From: Candidatus Bathyarchaeota archaeon
GTDB taxonomy: Archaea > Thermoproteota > Bathyarchaeia > Bathyarchaeales > Bathycorpusculaceae
NCBI GenBank assembly: GCA_963815095.1
Contig: CAWFFH010000004.1
Span: 96,001 to 160,000, forward strand
Direction of reading: 5' to 3'
Length of the DNA: 64,000 nucleotides
The notes beneath the pieces are model-generated. The model was not told the origin of the DNA. It made no database searches and was given only the letters and a program-made list of their open reading frames with translations. Shown piece after piece: positions 1 through 9,374 of the stretch. Within the stretch, counting starts at the first letter, position 1; the number at the start of each line of letters is the position of its first letter. The position numbers and the translations under genes are program-made.

Positions 1-223
1 TCTTAGCGCGGCAATGCTGATGTCAATGCCTGTTACTTTAAATCCGCATCGTGCCAGAAAGATTGTATCTAATCCGCCGCCTGAAGCCAACATCCAGAAC
101 ACTCGCGTTTTTAGTGATTGCACTGGCGGCTACAAGTGCAGTAAGTTCAGGGGATGAATATTTGAATTCCCAGTGTTTGTATTCCCCATTTGTATAAGCC
201 GATTCCCAATAATCCTCTGACAT
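1..223 (-). pseudogene. Class I SAM-dependent methyltransferase, frameshifted, runs off the window edge
   Basis: ORF 38..223 reads VLDVG then loses sense. Removing one base at 84-85 restores VLDVGSGGGLDTIFLARCGFKVTGIDIS (SAM motif I plus the following strand). Confidence 0.75.
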
Positions 224-235
224 GCTCAGACCTTA

Positions 236-1651
236 TTAATTTTTTAGCCAAAAAGGCTTGCCAATCAAGAAAGCGGTTAAAAATTCGGCAAAATCTCCTT
301 CATAAATTTCAACTACTTCGGTGTTAACGAGGATTTTGAGGTTTTTCTGGATAGCTTTCGCGATTAAATCTGCGACGCCTGCGTTTTTGCCTCCGTCCGC
401 CAGCTTCTCTTTTAACATCTCTGCTGCGTCTGTGGTTTTGCGTGGTAGCTCAACTATCCATCGTCCATCTTCAATGTATGGTCCAGAAACAACCAGCTCA
501 TTATCACCATATTTGGTTAGGTATTTCTCGCATTCCACTTCTCTTTCGAGAGGTGGACCCAGATGTTTTTTGATGTTGGGCAAAATTTGCTGTTCAAGCT
601 CAAATATGAAAACGCTTTGGGATTTTTCGTTGCTCCAAACGCCATCTTTTAGAACTTTAAAATCATTTATTTCAAGCAGTGTTCGCAGTGAACGTTTAGA
701 ACGGTAGAGTTGGCCCCACAGAACGTCTGGAACTGTATTCAACTCTCCTATAACTAGAAAAATCATAGTTGAACTGCGTTCCCCAAGTTGGTGCCTCATT
801 GCCCTCGCTGATAAAATTACCGGTTTGGGTGGATAAAAATAGTCTTGGGATGGTTTTTTCAGAAATGCCCTCGTTGCGCAGATAAATTCGTAGAGTTTTT
901 GAGGTTGAACTGCTGACGCGACGTTTCTTCCTTTATCAACAGGGTCAACAATCACCAAAGGCTCAGGAAAGAGCAACGAGAGTTCGTTTTTTCGGTCCGC
1001 ATAGAAATTTTCGATATCAATAACAACCCGCCGACTATACCTTGCAAAAGCGTATATGGTTCCAGCGAAGGAGCCATATTTCATGATTAGAAGCTCGCAG
1101 AGGTAACCGCTAAAACCGCCAACTTTAATCTCTGCGCCATATACGTCAATTCCCTTCATGAACTTTTTAAGAAGACGAACCTCGCCACGCAGCTCTTTGC
1201 CCAAATGCTCCATGATATAGTCTGTATGGAAAGGCGTTCGATCAGTGGCACTTTGCCATTCACCCCGTTTAGCGTCATAACAGGGCACGATGTCCACGCG
1301 GTAACCCTCCACAAAGATTTGAAGATAAGGATGCTCTGCAAAACGTTCCAGCTGTTCAGCTTTTCCAGCGGCTTTTTTCGCAATTTTCAACCCCACATCG
1401 CCAAGGTTTTTGCGTGGAATAGATGTTGGTAGGCGCATAAAAATGTCTATGTCGGGGTTTTCGCTAAGCCAAGTGTCTTTGGCGATGGAGCCTTCAACTC
1501 GCACAATTGCCGGTATTCCTTCCTGTTGGCAAGCTGCCGTGATTTTCTTTTCCAGCTCGTGGCTTAACGCATCGATCTTGGCGTATTCCTCTTTTTTAGG
1601 CGTAATTTTTTTCAAAATCCGCTTAGTCAAAGCATCTAATTCGTTTTCCAT
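236..1651 (-). CDS. cca: CCA-adding enzyme (archaeal class I)
   Basis: GSIAKDTWL..DIDIF nucleotidyltransferase motif, AEHPY, DRTPFH, GFSGYLCELL, DPVD..RNVA. Confidence 0.95.
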   Translation of the reverse strand: MENELDALTKRILKKITPKKEEYAKIDALSHELEKKITAACQQEGIPAIVRVEGSIAKDTWLSENPDIDIFMRLPTSIPRKNLGDVGLKIAKKAAGKAEQLERFAEHPYLQIFVEGYRVDIVPCYDAKRGEWQSATDRTPFHTDYIMEHLGKELRGEVRLLKKFMKGIDVYGAEIKVGGFSGYLCELLIMKYGSFAGTIYAFARYSRRVVIDIENFYADRKNELSLLFPEPLVIVDPVDKGRNVASAVQPQKLYEFICATRAFLKKPSQDYFYPPKPVILSARAMRHQLGERSSTMIFLVIGELNTVPDVLWGQLYRSKRSLRTLLEINDFKVLKDGVWSNEKSQSVFIFELEQQILPNIKKHLGPPLEREVECEKYLTKYGDNELVVSGPYIEDGRWIVELPRKTTDAAEMLKEKLADGGKNAGVADLIAKAIQKNLKILVNTEVVEIYEGDFAEFLTAFLIGKPFWLKN

Positions 1652-1661
1652 GGCTTATCAT

Positions 1662-2234
1662 TTAGGGACAATATTCTTTGAGAGTTGAATAAGCTGGACC
1701 TTTGGGAGACAGCTGGCTTTTTTTCAGCCTCAAACAATCCGCTCTTATAATTCCAAAGTCATAATTAGCCTGCTTAGTAACCAAATCAACTAATCGCTCT
1801 TTATTTGCACCGGATCTAACACGTGCGATGGTTAAATGTGGCGTAAACCCATTGGGGTCGGGCGCAAAACCCAACTCATGGATTTGGGGTTCAAGCTGTT
1901 CAAATATGCTTGTGAGTTCTTGTGCACCATCAGTTATACCTGCCCAAACCACACGCGGATAATTAAGTGTTGGAAACACTCCAAGCCCTGATAGTCGAAT
2001 GTTAAAAGGGCTAAACTTGACGTTTTTCATAGCTAAGTAAACTTTCTCTACCTGTTCAGGACTGATTCCACCCAGAAAACGAAGTGTAATGTGAATGTTT
2101 TTTGGTTCAACAAGTTTTAGATCGGCGTTTGTTTGGATTAACATTTTTTGCGCTGCGGCAAGCCTGTTCAAAACGTTGTCGTTTTTCATGTCGAAAGCGA
2201 TGAAGCTTCTAATTTGTGGTTCTGGTTCTGTCAT
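1662..2234 (-). CDS. thpR: RNA 2',3'-cyclic phosphodiesterase (2H family)
   Basis: Two HxT motifs (HITLRF, PHLTIAR); adjacent to cca. Confidence 0.93.
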   Translation of the reverse strand: MTEPEPQIRSFIAFDMKNDNVLNRLAAAQKMLIQTNADLKLVEPKNIHITLRFLGGISPEQVEKVYLAMKNVKFSPFNIRLSGLGVFPTLNYPRVVWAGITDGAQELTSIFEQLEPQIHELGFAPDPNGFTPHLTIARVRSGANKERLVDLVTKQANYDFGIIRADCLRLKKSQLSPKGPAYSTLKEYCP

Positions 2235-2325
2235 ATTGTATCTTCACTATTTTTAACACATATCACTCATAAATGCTTTTTAATTAAAGATGCTTGCTAT
2301 AGAACCAAAATAAGGGTAAGTTAAC

Positions 2326-2892
2326 GTGAACGCTGACAAACTGGTTATTGGTTTAGCGGGGATGCCTGGTTCAGGGAAATCCTTGGTTGTTGAAACTGCA
2401 CGCGAGATGGGCTACAATATTGTGGTGATGGGCGATGTGGTTAGGCAAGAAACAACCAAACGCGGGTTAGAGTTGACGCCGCAAAACGTTGGAAAAGTCA
2501 TGCTTGAACTGCGACAAGAAGACGGAAACTATGTCATCGCCAAAAAATGCATCCCAAAAATTGAACAACAAACCAGCCCCAAAGTACTAGTTGATGGCTT
2601 AAGAAGCCTCTACGAAGCTGACATCTTCAAAGAACATTTCGCCAAATTCAGCCTTGTCGCAGTTCACGCTTCCCCCGAAATGCGCTTCAATCGTCTCTCT
2701 AACCGCCGCCGAAGCGATGACCCCGCAGAATGGAAAACCTTCAATGAACGGGATATGCGGGAGATTGGTGTTGGTCTGGGAAATGTTGTAGCGATGGCTG
2801 AGCAGATGATAGTGAATGATAATAGTGTCGAGTATGTTAAGGCTAAAGTGAAGGAGTCTTTAGAGAGGATTGAGGGGAAATGGTTGAAGTAA
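2326..2892 (+). CDS. CoaE-like P-loop kinase (UPF0200 family)
   Basis: GMPGSGKS P-loop, MGDVVR, DGLRS, RxDD; usual neighbour of thpR/cca. Confidence 0.8.
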   Translation: MNADKLVIGLAGMPGSGKSLVVETAREMGYNIVVMGDVVRQETTKRGLELTPQNVGKVMLELRQEDGNYVIAKKCIPKIEQQTSPKVLVDGLRSLYEADIFKEHFAKFSLVAVHASPEMRFNRLSNRRRSDDPAEWKTFNERDMREIGVGLGNVVAMAEQMIVNDNSVEYVKAKVKESLERIEGKWLK

Positions 2893-3278
2893 CAGTTTTT
2901 GTTGAAGCAGAAATTAACCCTACTGAAAGCGAGGATAACGTTAAGGTGGCAGTTACTAACTTTTTGGAAAATGCAACCATAACCATAAAACCCGCCATCA
3001 AAGGAAGCACTTTAACCGCAGTAGCTAAAGGACAAGATTCACTCATAAAACTCCGCAATATGTTGCGCAACGACCGAATTCGTGATGCTTCAAGAAGATT
3101 GCTTTTTAAATCGATCCGAGGAACCATGATTAGCTTTTGCTTAAATAAACAGGTGGTTTTTTCAGGCCACATCTCATTTTCTGAACGAACCGCGGAGTCA
3201 CCACTGGGTCCGATTAGAGTCAATATTGAGACAGAAAACGCTGAGCAACTTATTGATTGGCTAGCAGAAAAAACTTAG
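2880..3278 (+). CDS. UPF0201/DUF54 putative RNA-binding protein
   Basis: INPTESEDNVK.A..N, IRDASR, LNKQ, SPLGPI. Confidence 0.8.
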   Translation: MVEVTVFVEAEINPTESEDNVKVAVTNFLENATITIKPAIKGSTLTAVAKGQDSLIKLRNMLRNDRIRDASRRLLFKSIRGTMISFCLNKQVVFSGHISFSERTAESPLGPIRVNIETENAEQLIDWLAEKT

Positions 3279-3292
3279 TGGGAAGATAGGGT

Positions 3293-4312
3293 TTGGCTGA
3301 AAGGGCATTGGTGACTAAAAGTGGCGCTGTTTTGCTAGGGGACAATGTCGCCTGTGACGCACACGACGCAAACAGGTCCCTTCGTGTTGTTACCCATGCT
3401 CATGCGGATCACCTCTATGGTTTACGCAGCAGTCTGAAGCGTTGCGAGAAAGTCTTAATGACTAAAGCCACCCGCGACCTCACAGAAACCCTCAACGAAT
3501 CGCTCAAACTCAAAGATTCACCAGCAGTAAAAACCTTAGAGTACGGCAAAGTCCTCAAGTACGGCGACGAAAAAATTAGCCTCATCAAAGCAGACCATAT
3601 TTTGGGTGCTGCGCAGGTTTTGGTCGAGGATGCCGGGGGAATACGGATTGTTTGGACAGGCGATTTCCGATTAGACGGCACACCAGTCGTTGATTGCGAT
3701 GTTTTGGTGGTTGAAGCAACCTATGGAAGTCCATCGTGCAGGCGCAACTTTGACGTTGATGTGCGTGAACTTTTAGTTTCCATGATAGAAAAGCGTCTGA
3801 GAGGAGGCACGGTTTACGTTTTTGGTTATCACGGTAAACTCCAAGAAATCATGCAGATTCTGCGGAAAGCAGATGTTGAAGTTCCTTTTGTTATGCCTGA
3901 ACGGGTTTACGAAGTAACTAAAGTTTGTGAAAAACACGGCATGAAGCTGGGTTGCCTCTCGCTCTCCACTGACCATGATGGTCACGAGCTTTTAGACGGC
4001 AACCTGCCCTGCGTAGCATTCTACCATATGAATCAACGGCAGCACGTGGGGTTACGGAATGCAAGGATTTGCGTAAGCGGCTGGGAGTTTCATAATCCAT
4101 GCCGACAAATTGGAGACCGCGAACATTTGGTGGCACTTAGTGACCACTCCGATTTTGATGGGTTAATCGAGTACGTGAAGCGTTCAAAAGCCAAGCAGGT
4201 TATCACCGACAATTTCCGCAGCAACGGCGACGCATTAGCTAAAGAAATCAATAAGCGCTTAGGCGTCTCCGCTGTCGCTATGCCTCGGGCAAACGGTCAA
4301 ACCACCCTTTAG
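3293..4312 (+). CDS. Metallo-beta-lactamase-fold (beta-CASP-like) nuclease
   Basis: THAHADH, HILGA, TGDF, EATYG, SDHSD. Confidence 0.8.
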   Translation: MAERALVTKSGAVLLGDNVACDAHDANRSLRVVTHAHADHLYGLRSSLKRCEKVLMTKATRDLTETLNESLKLKDSPAVKTLEYGKVLKYGDEKISLIKADHILGAAQVLVEDAGGIRIVWTGDFRLDGTPVVDCDVLVVEATYGSPSCRRNFDVDVRELLVSMIEKRLRGGTVYVFGYHGKLQEIMQILRKADVEVPFVMPERVYEVTKVCEKHGMKLGCLSLSTDHDGHELLDGNLPCVAFYHMNQRQHVGLRNARICVSGWEFHNPCRQIGDREHLVALSDHSDFDGLIEYVKRSKAKQVITDNFRSNGDALAKEINKRLGVSAVAMPRANGQTTL

Positions 4313-4387
4313 CGACAAGGTTTTGGGTTAAGGGTTGGTTAAAGTTTAAAAGCTAAAAGCCAAACACACACTTGCAAGTGAAATAAA

Positions 4388-5659
4388 ATGGTTAAGTCAT
4401 CTGTAATTTCAGGCTTCTATAAGCTTTCGCCCAAAGAGCGGTTAGCAATCATTAAAGATTTTGCAGGTTTATCCGACGAAGAAGTTCGTTTACTTGAGAA
4501 TACTGGTTCTTTGCCAATGGATGTGGCGGACCACATGGTCGAAAACGTCATCGGAGTCTTTCCTGAACCCATGGGCATCGGCGTTAACTTCCAAATAAAC
4601 GGCAAAGACTACCTCATTCCCATGGCGACTGAAGAACCAAGCGTAATTGCAGCCGCCAGCTACGCCGCAAAAATGGTTCGAGACGGAGGCGGATTCCACA
4701 CCAGCAGCACTGCACCAGTTATGATTGGGCAAATCCAACTTGTCAATCTCAAAGACGCAAAAGTTGCAAAAAAACAGGTTTTAGATGCCAAAACCGAATT
4801 GCTCAAAAAAGCAAACGACCAAGACCCCATCCTCAACTCATTTGGCGGAGGAGCTAAAGACCTCGACGCTCGAGTTATCGATACAACCATGGGGCAAATG
4901 CTCATCATTCACTTGTTTGTAGATTGCCGAGACGCAATGGGTGCGAACGCAGTAAACACGATGGCAGAAGCCGTTTCACCCATGATTGAGCAACTAACTG
5001 GCGGACACGTTTACCTAAGGATAATCTCCAACTTGGCCGTAAAACGCCTCGCAAAAGCTACCTGTAAAGTTCCCAAAGAAGCAGTAGGCGGCGAAGCAGT
5101 TGTAGACGGCATCACATACGCATCCGCATTCGCAGCCGCAGACCCCTACCGCGCAGCAACTCATAACAAAGGCGCCATGAACGGCATAATCGCCGTGGTT
5201 TTAGCCACAGGCAACGACCACCGCGCCATCGAAGCAGGCGGACATGCTTATGCAGCATTCAATGGACCATACACCTCTTTCTCAAAATGGGTAAAAAACA
5301 AAAACGGCGACTTAGAAGGCACAATCGAGCTTCCCATGGCCATTGGCTTAATCGGCGGCGCAGTAAAAACCCACCCAATTGCGCGAATCGCTATGAAAAT
5401 TCTCAACGTTGAATCCGCTAACGAGTTTGGCGAAGTTTTAGCGGCTGTTGGCTTAGCCCAAAACCTCGGCGCCCTCCGCGCATTATCTAGTGAGGGCATC
5501 CAGCGAGGACACATGTCATTGCATGCCCGAAACATAGCTGTTACTGCAGGGGCCAAAGACGCCCAAATCGACGTGGTTGCGGAACGGATGGTTAAGGAAC
5601 GCAAAGTCAGAGTGGACCGTGCCAAAGAAATTCTCGAAGAACTAACAAAAAAACAATAG
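4388..5659 (+). CDS. mvaA: HMG-CoA reductase, class II
   Basis: ENVIG, MATEEPSV, DAMGAN, THNKGAMNG, EGIQRGHMSLH. Confidence 0.93.
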   Translation: MVKSSVISGFYKLSPKERLAIIKDFAGLSDEEVRLLENTGSLPMDVADHMVENVIGVFPEPMGIGVNFQINGKDYLIPMATEEPSVIAAASYAAKMVRDGGGFHTSSTAPVMIGQIQLVNLKDAKVAKKQVLDAKTELLKKANDQDPILNSFGGGAKDLDARVIDTTMGQMLIIHLFVDCRDAMGANAVNTMAEAVSPMIEQLTGGHVYLRIISNLAVKRLAKATCKVPKEAVGGEAVVDGITYASAFAAADPYRAATHNKGAMNGIIAVVLATGNDHRAIEAGGHAYAAFNGPYTSFSKWVKNKNGDLEGTIELPMAIGLIGGAVKTHPIARIAMKILNVESANEFGEVLAAVGLAQNLGALRALSSEGIQRGHMSLHARNIAVTAGAKDAQIDVVAERMVKERKVRVDRAKEILEELTKKQ

Positions 5660-5837
5660 ATATTCCCTACTTTTCCCTTTCTTGCTGTATTTTTTACAAA
5701 CATACTAAACTTTCCCCTATCTTTCAAAATCGACCTACAATTTGAATCCTAATAGACCGCAAATAGCGAATAATTAGCCCCAAATGGTAAAGCAAGTTCG
5801 CGGGAAATTAAGCTGAAGATTAATTCACGTTAAATAT

Positions 5838-6353
5838 TTACTGTCTCATTCTTTCCCACTCGGAAAATATTTCCATTTTGGCGATTTCTGCACCCTTCTG
5901 CTTTCTCTTGGAATTAATATCTAAACCAATCATCAATAGGAAAGGTACTGACAAATAAAATCCTGCCAATATGGGATTTTCGAGAACGGTTGCTGCTCCC
6001 AATATCTGCTCAATTCGGATTCCTGCAAGCGTTTGAAGGATATCAGCCATGAAAAAAGCTAACAAAGTTAACGTTAAGACGACAGCATATTGGATGAGAG
6101 TGCTTCTTTGTTTTCCTAATATAGCTGAAGGTATGACTGATGATAGTACGAAAATCCATGTAAAAGCGTAAACAAAAACTATGGTTTGAATATTGGAATT
6201 CAACCATGAACTAACAGTTGGCCAAAACGAAATGATGTTTGATGCAATTGATTTGACAGCGGTGTCAGTGAAAAGTTGGTAGCTGACAGTGAGGACCCAT
6301 GATATAGCAAGGTATGTTGGGGCTAATAATGCAGCTCTCATATTCAATGCCAA
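5838..6353 (-). CDS. Hypothetical membrane protein (~4 TM)
   Basis: 171-aa ORF with four hydrophobic segments and a basic C-tail. Confidence 0.7.
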   Translation of the reverse strand: MALNMRAALLAPTYLAISWVLTVSYQLFTDTAVKSIASNIISFWPTVSSWLNSNIQTIVFVYAFTWIFVLSSVIPSAILGKQRSTLIQYAVVLTLTLLAFFMADILQTLAGIRIEQILGAATVLENPILAGFYLSVPFLLMIGLDINSKRKQKGAEIAKMEIFSEWERMRQ

Positions 6354-6386
6354 GACTTAATATATAGTATAGACTTAATTAAGTCT
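6352..6386. promoter_or_regulatory. Perfect 16-bp palindrome AGACTTAATTAAGTCT over a TATA-like element, plus a half-site at the start codon
   Basis: Palindrome at 6371-6386; AAGACTTAAT recurs at 6352-6361, abutting the TTG of 5838..6353. Confidence 0.5.
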
Positions 6387-6618
6387 TTATGCATCAAAGA
6401 AATTTGACAATGATTACGCCTCGAGGTTAACATCATAAATTGCGAATGAACTCTATCCCGCCACACTAATAATCATCAACGAATTTTCAACATTAACTGA
6501 GAATTATATTAGAATTCCCTTGAAAATTATATTAACTCGCGCTTCGCGAGCAGTTCCATTTTGTGGATTCCTCCATTGGAAAACTTTAGCTTGAAAATGA
6601 ATACAAGTAATTATAACC

Positions 6619-7170
6619 TTAGTTTAGTCCATTTATATTTGTGTCTTTAATGTTAAATTCTATGTGGTAGGTTTGATTTTCAATAATTGTCGTATAAACA
6701 ATTCTAACTGGCCACATAAGAACTCTATCTATGTAAAACGTTGCGTTAATTAGATCGTTGGTGTAGTCGTAGGTAATGCAATCTCGGCTTCCTAAGTTTC
6801 TGACGGTTATTTTCGTGTTATAAGTGCCTGCAAGTGTTTCACCTTTAGGCTGAAAGTTGATGTTTGTTTTATTGACCCATAAGGTAGTCTGGTCGGATAA
6901 TGTTGGTGCAAAAGATGTTGCAATTGATGAATTAGTCTTAATTTGCGCGTGAGTGGCGTTTAAGTTAGTAACTTGTATTGTTTCGTTTATGCTAACCGGT
7001 ATAGAGGGGGAGTCTATTTGGCCTTTATATGTTGCGTATGCTCCTTTAAACATCCAAAGCTGAGCCTTGCTTTGCTGGGTATTATCCACAGATTGACATC
7101 CGATTATTAAAACTGAAATTGAAATGACTAAAACGATAATTAATCCAACAATTATCCAACTTTTTCTCAT
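6619..7170 (-). CDS. Secreted or lipoprotein-like hypothetical protein
   Basis: N-terminal hydrophobic signal ending IIGC; N/T-rich body with N-x-T/S sequons. Confidence 0.7.
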   Translation of the reverse strand: MRKSWIIVGLIIVLVISISVLIIGCQSVDNTQQSKAQLWMFKGAYATYKGQIDSPSIPVSINETIQVTNLNATHAQIKTNSSIATSFAPTLSDQTTLWVNKTNINFQPKGETLAGTYNTKITVRNLGSRDCITYDYTNDLINATFYIDRVLMWPVRIVYTTIIENQTYHIEFNIKDTNINGLN

Positions 7171-7345
7171 ACTTAGCTAAGGAATGAATTGTGTAAAAAA
7201 GGGTTATCATGTTAGACAACTTTTCCTAACCTCAGCGCACGGTGCAGATCCAGAAACCTCACAAACCAACTAACGCATCAATTTCTATGTGTCTTCAAAA
7301 AATTATTTTGTAAAAATAAGGGATAATTATTGGTTTTGCTGCCCA

Positions 7346-7981
7346 CTAAGCAAGTGGCTTTTGGTCTTTGACTCTTCTTTTTTCCCATAGGTGGCGAATT
7401 GATCGCTGAAATAATGGAATTAACCAAATTACGAAGGTTAGATGAAAGTAAGCGTTGTTTCCAATGGGAATAACTATGCTCCAAAAGATTGGTATTACTG
7501 AGATAACGAAGATAGCGGCACCAATTAAAAGCGAATTTCGCTTTAGCTTATAATGTCGTTGAATATCCAGCGTCTTGCTCTTCGATACAATGTTCGATAG
7601 GTATGCTTGAACCAAGAATAACCCTCCAAGGTCAAAAGCGTACAGTACTGAAACATACTGAGTATTGATTACGCCGTTAAATAATTGGTTGAATAGATAT
7701 GGCTCAATAGAAACCAAAAAGAGAAGCATTATGTTGAGATAAAGTGTAGTTTTTGTTTCAATGTGCAGATTTGCCATTAGGCCAGTATATCCGAACCAGA
7801 CGTTTATGATAATGAGGAAACTAAACGCATAATATAGAATGGATAGAATCAGGCTGAGCACATTGGTTGGGGGCTGTCCAATTAACGTTAGGGCACCTAT
7901 GGAGAGGGCTAAACCGAAAATTAAATCTGAGAGCGATTCTACGCGGGATTTTGGTGTTAGCCGCTCTTTCACTTCAGCCAT
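7346..7981 (-). CDS. TMEM175-family potassium channel
   Basis: RVESLSDLIFGLALSI resembles the RxxxFSD helix-1 motif; LNIMLLFLVSIEP; about 6 TM. Confidence 0.8.
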   Translation of the reverse strand: MAEVKERLTPKSRVESLSDLIFGLALSIGALTLIGQPPTNVLSLILSILYYAFSFLIIINVWFGYTGLMANLHIETKTTLYLNIMLLFLVSIEPYLFNQLFNGVINTQYVSVLYAFDLGGLFLVQAYLSNIVSKSKTLDIQRHYKLKRNSLLIGAAIFVISVIPIFWSIVIPIGNNAYFHLTFVIWLIPLFQRSIRHLWEKRRVKDQKPLA

Positions 7982-8168
7982 AGTATGCTCAGCAATTATC
8001 TTTTAGCCGGTCAAACCTTATATTATTAGTGTTTACTGGATTTTTCGCTATTAAGGAGCCTTCTTATAATTCAAATCCAGAATTCGTTAAAGAATTGATT
8101 TAAAGTAGGTTATTTTTGGTTTATTCTTACGTTGTTTTCTTTTTGGCATAATTAGTTTGTCGGTTTTT

Positions 8169-8321
8169 TTAATTTTTTTTGTAGCAATTTATTAGATCTG
8201 TCCAGATGTAGCATTCGTTAGGCGTGTTTGCGCCTTTGGGTAGGGTTGATAGATATCCAAAGTAATGTTTACATTCTTCAGTCTGGTTGTTCTGGGGGTC
8301 TGGTTTTTTTTGGTACGTCAT
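8169..8321 (-). CDS. 50-aa Cys/His small protein (not in ORF track)
   Basis: GGGTGA SD 6 nt before ATG; MTYQKKPDPQNNQTEECKHYFGYLSTLPKGANTPNECYIWTDLINCYKKN. Confidence 0.65.
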   Translation of the reverse strand: MTYQKKPDPQNNQTEECKHYFGYLSTLPKGANTPNECYIWTDLINCYKKN

Positions 8322-8491
8322 TTCTTTTCACCCGAAATCTTTATTTGCACTTCGCTATCTTCTATATTAAACATTACGATTTAATAATGTACAGGGCTGA
8401 TTGTACAACTGCAGGACATACATCAACAAAAAAGATTTTAGACACAAATTCCCCAAGAAATACAGCCCAAAAGAAAAAAAATTATGAAAAA

Positions 8492-9187
8492 TTATTCCAG
8501 TATTATGCGTGCATCAACTGTTTTTGCGCCATTGGGGTAAGCCAATACTGGGTTTAAGTCGAGTTCTTTAATTTCTGGATTATCCATAACCATGCTTGAG
8601 ACGCTGCAAAGTATGTTGACCAATGCATCAATGTCTGCTAGAGGTGTGTTCCTATAACCATTCAACAACGGAAAAGCTTTGAGTTGCGTAATCATCTCTT
8701 TTGCATCATCAGCAGTTACGGGTGCAACACGGAAGTTTACATCCTTTAGCAGCTCAACAAATATGCCGCCTAAACCGAACATTACGGTTTGCCCGAATTG
8801 GGGATCTTTGATTGCGCCCACTATGACTTCGGTTGATTGAGGCGCCATCTCCTGCACCAATACTCCAACGATTTTTGCGTCAGCTTTGTACTTCTTTACG
8901 TTTTCGATTATTTTACTGTAACCAGCAGCTACATCGGCTGCATTTTTGAGGTTAACTAGCACTCCTCCAGCGTCGGATTTGTGAATGATGTCTGGGGAGA
9001 CAATTTTTAAGACGATGGGGTAGCCTATTTGATCCGCGTATTTTGCCGCTTCTTTTTCGGTTTTTGCGAGGTTAAACTTTGTAATTGGGATGCCGTATTC
9101 TGCGCAAATGGTTTTGGCTTCGGTTTCAAGAAGCGCCTTTCTGTTTTCTTTTTTGGCTTGGTTGATGATTTTTGCGGTTTGGTTCAA
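8492..9187 (-). CDS. ADP-forming acetate/acyl-CoA ligase beta subunit (ATP-grasp)
   Basis: GYPIVLKIVSPDIIHKSDAGGV, DPQFGQTVMFGLGGIFVE, ELDLNP, VDARI. Confidence 0.92.
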   Translation of the reverse strand: MNQTAKIINQAKKENRKALLETEAKTICAEYGIPITKFNLAKTEKEAAKYADQIGYPIVLKIVSPDIIHKSDAGGVLVNLKNAADVAAGYSKIIENVKKYKADAKIVGVLVQEMAPQSTEVIVGAIKDPQFGQTVMFGLGGIFVELLKDVNFRVAPVTADDAKEMITQLKAFPLLNGYRNTPLADIDALVNILCSVSSMVMDNPEIKELDLNPVLAYPNGAKTVDARIILE

Positions 9188-9374
9188 GTTTTATTCTTCC
9201 GTTAGCGTGTGTTAATGTCATGTTCCTTTGGTTTAAAAATCGTTTTGTTGTTTGTGGGGTGTTTTGTTGTGTTTTTGGTTGTTTGTAGTTGTGTTGAACA
9301 CACTAACACTACGATGTAGTGAGACATAATACTTAATAGGGCTGTCTTGTCAAAATTAGTTCAAGCGACCACAA

